From Moniliella sp. 'wahieum' (Eukaryota), in assembly GCA_003971905.1 (NCBI GenBank), contig RSEE01000049.1:372001-436000 (forward strand): DNA of 64,000 nt. The letters are read 5' to 3'. The notes below the pieces were generated by a model. The model worked only from the letters and a program-made list of their open reading frames with translations, was not told the origin of the DNA and did not search any database. The translations under genes were made by a program, and so were the position numbers. Of the stretch, positions 11,909-26,095 are shown one piece after another. The first letter of the stretch is position 1. Each line of letters starts with the position of its first letter.

Positions 11909-13240
11909 ATGCCCCGACCTCTTTTCCTGCGGCTCCAACGCCGGCGGGCAGCTGGGGCTGGGACAAAGGAGGATGCACGCATGCTCACCCTGTAGTGGCT
12001 GAGGGCGGCGCCTTCCCGCCCCGCGACCATGTCTGCTTCATCTCGCTGCCGGGGCGAACCATGCGGCATGTCTTCTCCGCAATCCGCAAGGGAAAGCACA
12101 AGTGTACCTCACTGGTGATCGGGCAGGCCGCTCTGCCCACCCTTTTGTTCCCCAATCCGACGCTCAATCGTTCTCCCCCCTTCGCCTTGCGCACGTGGAC
12201 CAGTTGTTGGCACAAGCTGGTGGGGGCAGCGGTGCTGCCGAGCCGATCCACCTGGCTTGTGCGTGGGATACCACCTCTTTGCTCTTCGTCAGGAGCACGG
12301 GGACGTTCTTCTTGCCCTGTCCACGCCGGATGAGGTGGGAAGGGGTCTGGTGGGCCCCCAGTCGGTCCAGGAGGGCGCTTACCTCGTGCCGTTGGAGATG
12401 GGACTCGATCCTCGGCCAAGCCAGGCCACTGCAGATCCACACCCTCTGCGCCGGACCACGACATGCTCTCGCCCATATCTCTGTTGTGGCCGAGGACGGG
12501 CGCGGACACACTCACTATGTGCTAGGGTGGGGCGCAGCCAAACACGGACAACTGGGCCCGTTCCTTCCCCTTCCTTGGCTGCCCCCGCTGGACGAGGACG
12601 GATCACCCATGTGGCACCCCGCGCCTTGGCGCGCTGGGGTGCCATACATGACCAACACGTTTCCCTCGCGGCAGGACAGGCACATACGCTCATCTTGCTT
12701 CCGGAGGGTGTGGCACAGCCTCGCTTTCTCGCTCTTGGCCATGACGCGGTAGGTCAACGTAAACCTTGCGTCTGGTGTGCAGGCATCTGTGGCAGAAGTG
12801 AGTGCGTGTGGAAACGTCCGCGGCGCTCGTTCGCAGTGCCGAGGGGGACACACTGCATTTGTTTGGCAATGGGGCTCATGGGCAATTAGGTTCTCGCGCC
12901 GCGGCCAAAGCTTACGCCCAAGGCCAAGTGGTGCACTGTGCCCAAGCGGATTTGGCCCCTGGGACACAAGTGGGACAAGTACGGTGCGGAAGCGAGCATG
13001 TCCTGCTACTTGTGTCTTCGGTGGGAAAGGACTTTAGCCCGCACATCCTCTGTTGGGGGTGGAAACGAACATGGTAACTTGGGATTGGGCGACGAGGATC
13101 CGACGGAGGAAGAAGCGCCACCTCAGCTCGGCACCCGCCCGATCGGTGGGAACCCACCGAGCTTCCGCTACCCCCAGGCTTGGTCCCGCTCAACCTCTGG
13201 GCTGGGCGGGACGACTTACGTGCTTGTTTCGGAAGCTGTG
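11909..13240 (+). CDS. RCC1-repeat beta-propeller protein, ATS1/Kti13-like; possibly the N-terminal half of a fusion with the next feature
   Basis: Blades LFSCGSNAGGQLGLG, VLGWGAAKHGQLG, VSLAAGQAHTLIL, LHLFGNGAHGQLG, QVRCGSEHVLL and ILCWGW-NEHGNLGLGD, ending in TTYVLV. Multiple frameshifts. Confidence 0.8.
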
Positions 13241-13249
13241 CCGCCGCCC

Positions 13250-14339
13250 GCAGCGCGCAGGCAGTTCGCCTTCCTGCCCAGGTGGAGCTACATGCTCATT
13301 TGCACGGCAGCTTGCGTCGTCGGACTGTGGCACGCTGGGCTACCGCCGAAGGCCAAGATGCTTCCCACGCCGAAATCAGCATTGGCGATCCACGTTCGCT
13401 GAGCGCCATGTTTGGAGTGTTTGATGTGCTGCACCATGCGGTTGGAGGTGCGACGGCCGAGGCGATACGGGACGGGGCGAGAGAAGTGATGGAAGATATG
13501 GCAAGGGACGGAGTGGTCTATGCCGAGGTGAGGACTACGCCACGGATCCTTCCGGGCTGTAAGGACGAATGGGATTACCTTGTCTCGGTGGCACGAGGGA
13601 TTCAGGACTTTGTCCGGATGCAAGCTCGTGGCCGGTGAGGTTACCGGCACGGCAGATGACCCCTCGTCTCTGTTTAAGTATCAACCGGACCTATGGCTCC
13701 GAGGCGGCTGAGCGGGTGGTTGGTCTGCTGTTGGAGGCAGCCCGACTGCCTTCCACTCACCCTTGTGCTGGCCTTCTGGTAGGCTTGGACGTCAGTGGCG
13801 ATCCTACCAAAGGGTCGTTCGAAGCACTCCTTCCTGCCTCGAGCGTGCCCGACGAGCCGGTGTCAAGATCACGCTCCACATGGCCGAGCAGGCAGGCGAA
13901 TTGGGAAAGAGGGATACGGATGCCATGTTGGCCTTTGGTCCTGACCGAGTCGGACACGCCATCTCCTCTCCTCGGACAGTGGACCCTGCTCTGTGCCAAG
14001 CAGATCTTTACTGAAGTTTGTCTGACCTCCAACGTGGTCACCCAGTCCGTTCGCTCCTACCACACCCATCATGTTGCTGCGTTTTTGGGTCTGGAATCGT
14101 GGGCTGGGGAGGGGGAGAAGGTATTACCACCCCCCTTTGCGTTGGCTACCGATGACACCACCGTGTTTGGCTCCAACCTAACGGATGAGTATGTCCATTT
14201 GGATCAAGCCTTCCCCCCGCTCCCGTTGGCGAGGGCAAGGCAGATGAACAAAGAGGCACTGCAGGCTTCCTTTTGCCGGCTGGAGAGCAGAACGGCATTG
14301 CTCACGTGTTGGAGGCGGCTCTGCCAATCTAAGTTATAA
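13250..14339 (+). CDS. ADAL: Adenosine deaminase-like protein (ADAL/MAPDA-type, putative N6-methyl-AMP deaminase)
   Basis: VELHAHLHGS (metal-binding HxH), F..FD..H, DGVVYAEVRTTPR, VGLDVSGDPTKG, ITLHMAE, PDRVGHA, EVCLTSN and LATDDTTVFGSNLTDEY. Confidence 0.85.
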
Positions 14340-14801
14340 CACCTATGTATGGTTTGCAGATCATTGTGTTCTCGTCAAGAGCCATGGTGTGCATGATCGA
14401 TCGGCCAGGTATTATATAGGAAGAGGACTTTTCGGATCAAGCCGCCTCGGTCGGTGGCCCCACGACAGGGTGGCAGAGAACCAGAAAATGCGTGATGTCT
14501 CCAGCACATCTGTTGTCCCCCCCTTTGCGAAAACAGAGCCTGGTTCTGGGAGGTAATAGACGTACACGTACTGATCAACAAGCGCGCCATCCTTCGACGG
14601 ATCATCGAGATCCTCGCGGGGGACAAAGTGAGCACGATGGCATCCATGATGCATGATGTATGATGCATGATGTCCATGCTGCCAGTCCTGCGTAGTGCGT
14701 ATCCACGTTTGCAACATTTCATTTCAGCCTGCCTTTTTTCGTTCGCTTGGTTTTTTTTCGTGGCCATCTATCTAATGGTGGCCACCACCATCCCTCCGCT
14801 C

Positions 14802-17330
14802 ATGACCGACACGGGCACCAAGAGCGTAAAGCGAAAGGCGCCCGCTGCCAAGGCCGAGTCAAACAAATCGAATCACAAGGGGAAGCGCCCCCGCACGCTT
14901 CCTTCCCAAGCCGCTCTTCCCATCTGGGCTGGCCGAGACGCCATCCTGTCCGCTGTGGCGCACAATGCGACAGTCGTGCTCGTGGGCGAGACTGGGTCGG
15001 GCAAGACAACCAAGTGCCTCAGTTCCTCTTCCGCGCACGCAAGGAACTCAAACTGACCAGCAAATCCTCGCCTGTCATCGCTATTACTCAACCAAGGCGT
15101 GTCGCGGCAGTCACACTCGCAAGCGTGTAGCCGAGGAGATGCGCTGCCCCGATCCAACCACCTTGAATCGCAAGGGCGCGCCAGCTCCTAAGGACGAGGG
15201 AAAGGATGGCTCGGAGAAGCCAAAGTCTTTACCGATTGTAGGATACTCGGTCCGGTTTGACGATCGTTCTTCTTCCGAAACAAGGATCCGTTTCATGACC
15301 GATGGCTTTTGTTGCGGGAGATGCTAGGCTCCTCGCTTACCCCTCGCGCGGCAGCACCGTCCTTCCCCGTCTTCTGACAAACCAGAGAAAGAAGAAGAAA
15401 GGGGAGGAGGGGGAGGGGGAGGTGGTCGCTCTGGCTCCATCCGACTTGCGGCGGTATGGAGTGATCATTATTGATGAGGCTCACGAGCGGACGTTAGATA
15501 CGGATCTTTGCTCGGTCTGGCCAAGATGATCCAGGCAGAGCGGTACCGTCGCGCCCGAGTGTGGGATGAGGATCCGAGTTCCCGCTCGGGCCCGCGACCA
15601 CAAGAATTGAGGATCATCGTCATGTCTGCCACTTGGACGCTGGCAAGTTTGTTGATTTTTTTGCCTCGCCGTTACAGGTTCCGTCACCCCTGCATCCTCT
15701 AGAGGCCCGTTTGACCTCTTCACCTACCCACGTACCTGTTCTTTACGTACGTGGGCGGCAACACGGTGTGACACGCTTCCATACGTTGGAACCATGTGCG
15801 GACTGGCGGGATGCGGCGTTGCGTGCGATCTGTCAAATCCACACCTCCTACCCGCGCGGTGACATTCTTGTCTTTATGACGGGACAAGAAGACATTGAGG
15901 GCATGGCATCCCAACTGCGTACCTATGCCCCTGGTCTGGCCAAGCAGGTTCAAGGAAACTAACGATGAATCGGGCCAGGACACAGAGCCCAAACCGCCTC
16001 TCCTGGAGCCTGTTCCGCTTTATGCTGCGCTCGGCCCCAAAGGCGCTGCTATTGCTTTCGTCCTGCCGCTCCGGCACCCGAAAGGTGATCCTTGCAACCA
16101 ACATTGCCGAAGCTTCCGTCACCCTGCCTGGCATCCGATATGTCGTCGACAGTGGACTGGCCAAGGTGGCGCGCTGACCAGTACCGGAAGCGGCGGGGCG
16201 ACGGAAATCTTAGCAGTCGAGCCCATCTCGCGCTCTAGTGCTACCCAGCGTGCGGCCGTGCGGGTCGGGAAGCGGCAGGCACCTGTTTCCACCTCTACAC
16301 CTCCGATTCGGCCGAAACGCTGCCCCCCACCACCGAGCCCGCCTCAGCTCACGCCGACTTGAGCGGCTCCCTTTTGCGCCTTGCGGCTGTTGGCGTGGCT
16401 CCGGACCAGTTCCCTTGGCTCGATCCCCCCAGTACCGAGCGGTTGGCAGAAACTGTGATGCGCTTAGTGCAATTGGGTGCGTTGAAGTTGCCTGCGGCCG
16501 AAACGGCAGGCCAGGGCGCTCCAACACTCACGCCTCTTGGCGCCAGGATGGCACTTCTTCCTCTTGAACCAGGACTGGCACGGGTCATCTTGGCTGCCGA
16601 GGCGTATGGGCCCAAGGTCACGCGCGAGGCACGGGATCTAGTGGCCGTGCTGAGTGGGGAGCGAGGTATCTTTCTTGACCCGCGCCAGCGCCAGCGGGAC
16701 AAGCCAAACGGGTGGCGCGTGCGCGTGGCTAGGTGCCGAAGTGGCTTTGCCCGAGTCGGAACGAAGAAGAATTGGTCCATCCGTTGTTCATAGTGGGGAT
16801 CACGCTACGGTGCTCGAGGCATTTTATGCGTATTTGCGCATGCGTGCGCAGGGCCTACCGCCAGCGGAGGTCCGTGCCTGGTGCACCAACCACGAGTTGA
16901 CCATCGTGCTGCGGCCGAGGCAGCGCGTCTCCGCGTGCAGCTCAAGAGGTGTGCAAGCAACAGCGAATCGAGTGCGACGATGGCCATGTTGATGAGATTG
17001 AACCGCTCGAACCACCCGATTCGGAAGAGGAAAGTGACCTGCCTGCCCTCACCGTCCTCCGTCCCGGTGGAGCAGGACGACAAGAGGCGTATGTGGATCT
17101 GCGACTGCGCTCGTTGCGGCGCGGATGGGGCAGTATGCCGTTCGTGCCCCCGAAGGCGGTGGGTACCGCCGGGGAGACGAGCTGGTCAAAATCCACCCAT
17201 CCTCGTGCTGCACTCGAAAAAACCTGGGGTGATTGTGTTTGAAGAAGCAGTTCTCACAACCCAACTGTTTGTCCGCACCGTCAGTGCCATCGAGCCTGCT
17301 TGGCTGGCCGAGGCGTTTGCGGCACAATGA
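14802..17330 (+). CDS. DHR2: DEAH-box RNA helicase, DHR2/DHX33-like (ribosome biogenesis)
   Basis: [73 protein letters not shown] and QRA-RAGR, then HA2 and OB-like C-terminal segments. The short N-terminus fits DHR2. Confidence 0.85.
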
Positions 17331-17857
17331 ATTGCCATTCTTGCCCCTTCCGCGGCCTGGAGCACAGGAGAGGGTCCGACGCTGCAGGAGATGCCGGCTG
17401 AATAGATCGTGAGTTTAAGAGCAGGCCACGCCCGCCATCCAGAGCAACGCCGCTAACTCCGCTTGAGTTGGCGTGGTTGGGAATGGCAAGCAGGGGGGGC
17501 GGATAATGGTGACGCGTGAGTACTCAGTTACTGAGTAGTGAACTAGTGAAGCTAGTGACGGGGCGGAGACAGCCAAGGGGCCAGACGATCTGCCGACGGC
17601 AGGGATCATCAACGGTGTGGCGACCGAAGATCCATCGATGATATCGATGCCGATACCGTCCGTGCACCCCTCTCTTGCCCGCTTAGGCCGGCTATAATGT
17701 CGGAGACTCGGAGACTGGCAAGTTTGATTGGAGTTGGCGGAGTTAAAATTCACTAGCAACCACTTCTCCAGCGGTTAAATACCCTCTCTCTTGCCCCGCT
17801 GGACTTGAATCCCAAACTCCCAACTCCCACGCTTGTTCCCCGTTCTCCATTGCCAGT

Positions 17858-18755
17858 ATGTCAATCAACGCTGTTGCCGTCCAAGGATTCAACAATGTCG
17901 GCGCGTCGGGGTGTATGACCGTGCGCGTCCCACGTACCCCGCGGCGGTATTGGATACAATGCTCGATGCCGCGGTGAAAGCGTCATCTGGCAAGCCGCTG
18001 AAGGTGGTGGAGTTTGGCGCCGGCTCGGGCATCTCGACACGCGCCTTGCTCGGGCGAGCGAAGGAGCGGGGCATTGAGGTGGCGTCGTTGACCGCCGTGG
18101 AACCCAGTGCTGGAATGCGCACCGCCTGACGCAATCTACCGCTCCCCTCCAACTTGCTCACTCGCTCAAGATCTATGACGGCACGTTTGACACCTTCCCC
18201 CCCGCAGTGGTACCTGAGGGGGTGCGGACCTTGTGCTGATTGCCCAGGCTTGGCACTGGGTCGTCTCTCCCACTGCTGCAATCGTAGCGATCGCCCATAC
18301 TCTCCACAGCAAGGGTGTGTGGGCCCTGCTGTGGAACCTTGAGGACCGGGACGGGGGCGACGGTATCCCTGCTACTCCTTGGGTGGGACAGCTGAGGGAC
18401 CTGTACGAAAAGTACGAGGCGGGCACACCGCAGTACCGGCTTGGGAAGTGGAAGCAAGGCATGGTCGCTGCTAAAGACACCTTCCTTACTTTCTTCCAGC
18501 CGCCTGCGGGGAGTTGTGGGCCGGAGAGCCCCACGTCGTTCACACTGAGCGCGAGACGACGGTGAACGGGTGGTGGGAGCGCGTCTTGTCCAAGTCTTAC
18601 ATTGGAATTCTCTCTCCGAGGAACAGGAGGGCCTTAAGAAACAGATTCAAGACCTGTTCGCCCAGTCGGATGCTGCATTGGGTCGACGTTGGTTGGGAGA
18701 GGGCACATTTGCCTATCCTTATCGGACTGACTTGTTCCTCTTTTACCGTCTCTAA
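17858..18755 (+). CDS. Class I SAM-dependent methyltransferase (Methyltransf_11 type, small-molecule substrate)
   Basis: YDRARPTYP, VVEFGAGSGISTR (motif I), AVEPSAGMR, DLVLIAQAWHW, GVWALLWNLEDR, and C-terminal YPYRTDL. Confidence 0.88.
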
Positions 18756-19337
18756 TATGGGCCGTTATCTTGTGGTGCCCTTCCGAAGAGAATATGCCAT
18801 CAGTGCGTTGGGTGTGGCATGGGCAGTCTATACTAGGTGTGAGAGGCAGTGAGAGTCGCCCAATCGTGAACAGGAGAGGAAGAGGAAGAGGAAGACGAAG
18901 AGTTGACTAGTGACTGGTGACTACCAGAATGCCCTTGGAGAAGTTGGGCAGCCGGCTGTCGTTGCGTTTCGACGCGTTCCAACGCGTCACGACTTGGCCT
19001 TTTGCTGCGTTTCAATTTGCTGTTTGCTTTCTGCCGGGGGCATTTTGCTGACGTGACAGTGCAGCCGCGGCACCCCTCGATTAGTAAGCATCCGACGTCC
19101 CCATCTGGGCCGGTGCGAGTCGGCACGTGCCGAGCAGTGCGCCCCTCTGCCGCCCAGGCACGGGGCCAGCCGGGCGGCCCAACCTGCCCATTCGGTCCGC
19201 CTGCTTATGTACGCAGCAGCGCCGAAAAGCTTCGCTGCAATCGCTGATCGCTGCAAACGGGCTTGCCCACCACCACCTGGGGTATTCCTCCCCCACGCGT
19301 CGCGCCCAACCCCACCTCCACATCCACATCCGCCGCC

Positions 19338-22196
19338 ATGCACGCCGACGCCACCCCGCCCAGCTCCGCTACCCCCGCCCCTCCGCCGTGGAAGCAGGCG
19401 AGGCACGTGTCGTTCCCCGCCCCCGCCTGTCGGTGACGCTCTCCACCCCTCCTTCCCTCCCCCGCCCCAATCCGACGCGGAGATCTTCTCGCGCGACGCC
19501 GCGCGAGCAGCGCGTAGCCGCTCGCGCAACGACCCCACCTCCTCCACTGCCGCCGCAGCCTTGGCGATGGCCGCCTCGTCCTTGGGCCCTCCCTCGATCC
19601 ACGTCCCTCTCCCTGGCGATTCGGACCCCTTGCCGCCCAACCCCCCCTTTCCGCGCTCCTCGGCTCCGCTTTGCCTGTCCCCCCCCGGACCATCGCGAGG
19701 GGGAGAAGGATACACCCGCTTTGCCGGCAGATGTGCTGGGAGCGCTTCAGTCCATTGAGCAGGTCTTCAGCACTGCTCTTCCGACCAGGAGAGGGCAAGG
19801 GTACTGCAGCGCACACTGCGTGCCCGTGCGGTTCTGGGTCATGGCCCGCTCCCCCCTCCCGGCGGACCTACCTTTCTCAAGCACAGGTTGGACACCAGTT
19901 CCCCCAGTACGCTCAAACAGCCCATATTCCGCCGCATGTCCAACTTACTACGGGGGCTCCTTCCTCTACCCGATTTCCGCCCTGCCGCACACTTCCTCCG
20001 GCTCCCCTCAACCCCTCAGTTGTCCGCCGCTCCTGGGCATTCTGGCCCGGCCGCCGTGCCGGCACCGACATCGGCACCGGCACATTCGCCTATTCCTTCT
20101 AATCCTGGTGTTGCTGTCGGTGCTGATACTGATGCTCCTCCCCTCCTCCCCCTCCCGCCCCTCCCCTGGAACCTGCTTCTGCCCCGTCTTATGTCCTCCC
20201 CTTCTGCTGCTGCTGCCGCTGCTGCTGCTGCTGCTCAGGCTAGCGCCGCTGCCAAGCTATTGCTGCTGCCCAAGTTGCCGCCGCCACTGCTGCCACTACG
20301 CCCCCGCGTCTGCATCGGCCCCCCATCCCCTTGCGGGGGTAGCGACAACATCAATGGCATCGCCAACCGTTACACCGTCGGCATCGGAGCATTCGAGCTC
20401 GGCGATTCCGCTTCCTCCGGCAGGAGCGTCGAACAGTGCGACTTCGGCCGGTTTTTCGTTGGACCTCAGGCAGGACCATCGGAATCAGCGCCCCTGTGCC
20501 AGAGACGTGGATCAGCAATGTAGTGCCGAGTCAACGGGAAAATGTGCCGGCGTGCGACCGATGCCGCTCGCAGAAGCTCAAGTGCGACAAGAAGATGCCC
20601 TGTGGGCGGTGTGTGAGGCTGAAACACCAATGCACACGAAACGACGTGTTGATGCGACGTGGCCCGCCCACGCGGCTGCAACGCGAAATCTTTAAGCACA
20701 TTGGCCTGGAGTACCGTACCTTCCGGGACCGTTTGGCGGAAAAACGAGAGGCGTCTGCTGGCCCTTGGAATCGGCCCGGACGGCCTCCCCTCGCTTCTCA
20801 ATCTCAAGACGGCACGGGCGACCCAGCCAACTCTCGGCCGCTGCCGCACGGCACTGGCCAATCGCTCTGCCCCGTCCCTGGAGAAAACCCGTACTGGCGC
20901 TCGGTTCCAGCTCCATGTTCCAGCCTATGTCGCGCCAAGCATAAGGCTGAAGCTCGCCAGGCGGCGCTGCAAGCTGGCATCCAGCCTCCCGCCGTCAGTC
21001 CCAGCACGCCCCCTGTTCAGCCCGCTCTACCCCTCTACCGCTCGAGGGGGAAGCTTCGGAGCAAGCGGCCGTCGCTGCGGCTGCGGCTGCGGCAGCAGCT
21101 GCTTTCCTCCCTTCCAATGGCCACTCTTATCCGTTTGGCGTATTAGATTCGGACGAATTGCATGCATTCGTACAAGGCTACGCGGAAGCTGCTGCGGCGC
21201 AGGCCCAGGCTTCCCTCACCCGGACCCACCGAGCGGACCGGAACCGACGCCTTCGGAACCGGATGCACCTCCGCCTGTGCTCCTCCTGCGCCGGCCCCCG
21301 CGTTACCCCTACAAGAAGGCACGTTCAATCCGGACTTTTACACCACGGTGGCGGACCATGCGGATCGTGAGGCGGGGGAAGAGAAGGAGCCTGATCCACC
21401 AGCTCCCACCGACCCAGCCCAACCACCAGCACCAATGGTGGCAACAATGTGCACCGCGTGTACGGTCGTTTCCCGCACCCACACCCTACCCCCTCTCGGC
21501 CGCATGCGTGGGCACGTCGACCAGTGCTGGCGCAACAAGAACGGGGCCATGTCGCTGGCCGATGCGGTCGGGGCCAGTTCGCGGGCTACCAGCCCGCTGC
21601 CCGATGCACCAGCGACCACGAACGAAGCGGCGATCGAGGCATTGTTGTTGTTGCGGGACCATGGCCATGCAGGGGACGCCGAGGTACCGGAGGACACGCC
21701 GCACGAACCCAGGATTCAGATCCACCCCATCTCCTGCTCCACCACCGGAGACGAGGACCCCGCCCGCTTTTGCCCAGCGCACCGTTGGATGCCCAAGCGC
21801 GGAGTCTACGTTGCAGCCGACCGAGCAAGGTGGGCAGGTGCCGCCTCCGCCTGCGCTGGAAGGGGCGCAGGCACACGCACCAGAGCAGCAGCAGCAGCCG
21901 ACCCAGGAACAAGAGCCGACGCAAGAGCAGCAACGGGCCTCTCTTGCTTCGGCGGCGCAGGGTCTGGTACCGACGGGGGAGCTTCCCCCCACGACCGAGG
22001 AGGGAGGGGACGTGGCCCTGACACGACCGAGGTGCCGGAGGGCGTGGCTCACATGGTAGCGCTTGGTCCGGAGGATGGGCCGGAGGATGTGGCGGCTTCG
22101 GGTAGCAGCAAGCGCCGGCGGGACGCGGGGAGGCGACCGAAGCAGACAGAGGCCGAGGCAGACGCGTTGCTGTCCAAGCGGCTGCGTGCCGAGTAG
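19338..22196 (+). CDS. Zn(II)2Cys6 binuclear cluster transcription factor with low-complexity flanks
   Basis: CDRCRSQKLKCDKKMPCGRCVRLKHQC (C-x2-C-x6-C-x5-C-x2-C-x6-C) at 20553-20633, followed by RRGPP. Basic C-terminus SKRRRD...SKRLRAE. Start and end stitched across frameshifts. Confidence 0.8.
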
Positions 22197-22924
22197 AGGG
22201 GTCGGACGTTGTTCAGCGTTCAACCGTTGTACGTGATCGGTGGTCCTGGTTGGGGGGAACGGAGGGCCCAGCCGGGAGGGAGATAGATGGGACACTTGCG
22301 CAATTCTTACTGATTTGACCGTCGAGCTGGAGCGCTGGAAGAAGCAGCGCGTGTGTGCCCCAGACGTAGTGGGTACTTTAGCGTTATACTTGGCAGTATT
22401 TTGGTAGTGCCATGCTGGAGGACGCCGTTCGGGTGGAAAGTTGAAATGTTGATCCGCGCGTCGCTCGCGTGCTTGATAGCTGTCCAGATCACGCATCGCG
22501 CGATGGCCGTGACCGATCAAGGATCGCTGGCTCAGGCGGCGGCTCGCGCGCAGCACCTCCGCCGCCGCTGGCTGGCGCCGTGCCTGCACCCCCGCGGCGG
22601 CAGGGGGGGAGTGGCACGTGGTGCGCCCAGCCAACCCTAGGTCTGGGAGCCCGCGTCGTCGCCGGCGCGTGGCGCGGGGGCAGTGTTGGGTGCCGCGGCT
22701 GCGCGGGAGGCGGCACGGGGGCAGCGAGCGAGCGCACGCCACTGGGCTGGTGCGGCACACAGGAGCAGGGCGGCGGCTGGCTGGCTGGGACCTGGCGCCT
22801 GGCAGGTGGCAGGTGGCAGTCGCCTGCCTCCGTTCTGCTCTGCTCGGCTCGCCTCGCCTCGGCTCTTTCGCCCCCCCCCCTTCTCCAGCTCGGCGCCACC
22901 ACCCTCCTCTGGCATCTGTTCGCG

Positions 22925-23703
<779 letters not shown>

Positions 23704-26095
23704 ATGCAAGGGTAGGGGATCTGTTAACAGTTCGGATTTGTTGGGATCCGGATTGGGATCGCCGTCTTGGGTTCCTGCCCTGGTTTTTTCTCGAGGAGGC
23801 GAGGATCGTAGGGCCGATCCCCATGTACCGATGATAGCCCTCTATAGCCCTCTTCTGCCACCATTGCTATCGATCGTCATTGGCCTATTCCGCAGGGATG
23901 GTAGATTGCCTGGTGAGGTCAGTTGGTTTCGGGCCAGCCATGACACATTGATGCCATTGCCTTTGAAGCTTGAAGCCTGAAGCTTGAAGGTCAATTCGAG
24001 GCAAGACAACCCCTGTCTCGCCCGTTGACGTAACAGAACCAGGGGCGCAGAGAGTAGTGTGGGGGGAGTTAGTACTAAAGTGGTGAACCATGAATGACCG
24101 TCGGAAGGGCGGGCAGCAGAAAAAAAAAAAAAACATAGATGCCCAACTGCTGCCTGCCTTTCTTGGGCCTACTAGAAGACCACGGGCCTACGGCCCGGTC
24201 AGCTGGGGCTTCGCCCCAGCTTGGTGCTTTGTGTTTTGTGCTTGCTCGCCACCTTAGCCACCGTTCCAACAGTCCACCGATCTACCGTTCCAACCCGTCG
24301 CCACCGTAGCCACCGTTCCACGTGGAGGAATTTTATCACCCATGTGCATCCGCCTGGCTGCGTCGGCCTGGAACGTGCGGGTGGCACGCTTACCACATAA
24401 TCTTGTGCTGGCGCCAGAAAAAACGCCCCAATTTTATGTAGTAGTAGATATTATTGCGGTGAACGCAGCGCGACCACTTTTTCTCAGAAAGGAACAGAGG
24501 GATCGGCGGCCATCCGGGTCCACCCAGCAGCACAGGGCGGGGCTCAAGAAGGGAGGGAGGTGGTGGGCAAGGGGATCGTTGTTCTCGATGCAGAGGATGA
24601 ACCGGTTGGAGCCCCCAAAGCATATCTCTCTGCCTGGTTTTCTGCCTCTTTCCCACCTCCTTCTCTGCAAGCGCCACTGCCTTCCCCTCCCATCCCTGCT
24701 ACTCTGCCTGATGTATTCGCCCGATGGCTACCAATTACGTTCTCTTCTCTTCCCTACGCAGCACAACCCACGTACCACCCTTGAACTGCTCATTGATCCG
24801 AGACAGGTCGGGTCGAGTTGACGACCCTATCCTCGCACCCCATGCGCAACCTGGGCGTCCTACGCATCCATTCACCCAACTGGCCACTTGTCTTTGTCCT
24901 CTCGGCAACCCCACCCTCCCCTGCCGCGGTCGCGGTCAAGATCACGGTCAATATCACGGTCTTGGCGTCAACACGAGACGCACAGGACTGCTGTAACCGC
25001 CTCGATCGTGCAGCGCTGGTCTTAGCTTGGCATCCTTGCCTGTCCACAGGCGCAAGGTGGTGGCGGGTAGGGACGCCCAGGCACCAGGGTGCAGGGACGG
25101 GGTCTTGCTTGACATATGGGCGCCGGCACGCCATCTCTCCCTTTTGCTCGTTACGGGACGGGACACTACGGCGTCCGCGGCCGCAGGGAGCGTAACGGGT
25201 GCACACAAGGGGGAGGGAGGATGGGAAGGCAAAAAGAACAGTGGATTGCTTCGATTAGATTAGTATCGTTTACTACGAGCATGTGAATGCCACTGGCTCG
25301 AGTAAGTAGGTCACGCGACGAAGGCGGTAGCTGGTACCCGATATCACGCGGGCGGTAGCCGACAACGGCCTTGTTTGGTCCGTGGAGCTTTGCCGCCGGA
25401 GCAGGCGAGGCGGAGCGAATCGGGGAGGGGGTGGCAAGCGGGATGATCGCTGACTTGATGACCAGGGATCGATGGTCGATGGTCGAATTGATCGCGAATG
25501 GCTTTGAAACTTTGTGTTGTGAGCCCCGTGTTGGTCGGGTCACTCGGTCATTAGCTAGTTGCTGCTAAGGGCTAAGGCTTAGCGCTACCCAAGTGCCAAG
25601 GCCTAGTAAGAAAGAACACGTACGAACCCACCGTCCCCCCCACCCTGGGGGCAGGCAAGCCGCCAGCCGCCTGACCTGAACCGAACCGAATCAAAGGGAT
25701 GGCGTGATGCGAGGCGTGGTGGTGGCCCATCGCCGTGGACCTCGAGGCGGCCCCCCGAAGCACAGGCGGGCGGGAGGCAGTGATATGTGATGTTGTGGTG
25801 TGGATGAGAGATGATGGATCATGCATTGCTGGGATGCCCGGTGCGATGCGTTTGCCATGGCCTGACCGAGGGCAGCTGGGCGGCCTGGTGGAGCGGCTGA
25901 GCGGAGCAGCTGATCAGTGCATCTCCCAGAACCCCCGTTTATTATCGCGGACCGATTAGGCGATTACGACGGGATGATTCATCCTACAAAATAAGCAACG
26001 GTTGGTGGGCTTACTGTGGTTTGGTTCGGCCCGCCTCTCTTTCTCTCCCCTCCACCTCCACACATCACTTCCGTTGCTCCTTCCCCTCTCCTCCC

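Noticed and set aside
17858..22196. Secondary-metabolite cluster (methyltransferase plus Zn2Cys6 factor)
   Set aside because: There is no backbone enzyme (PKS, NRPS or terpene synthase), and the neighbours are housekeeping genes.
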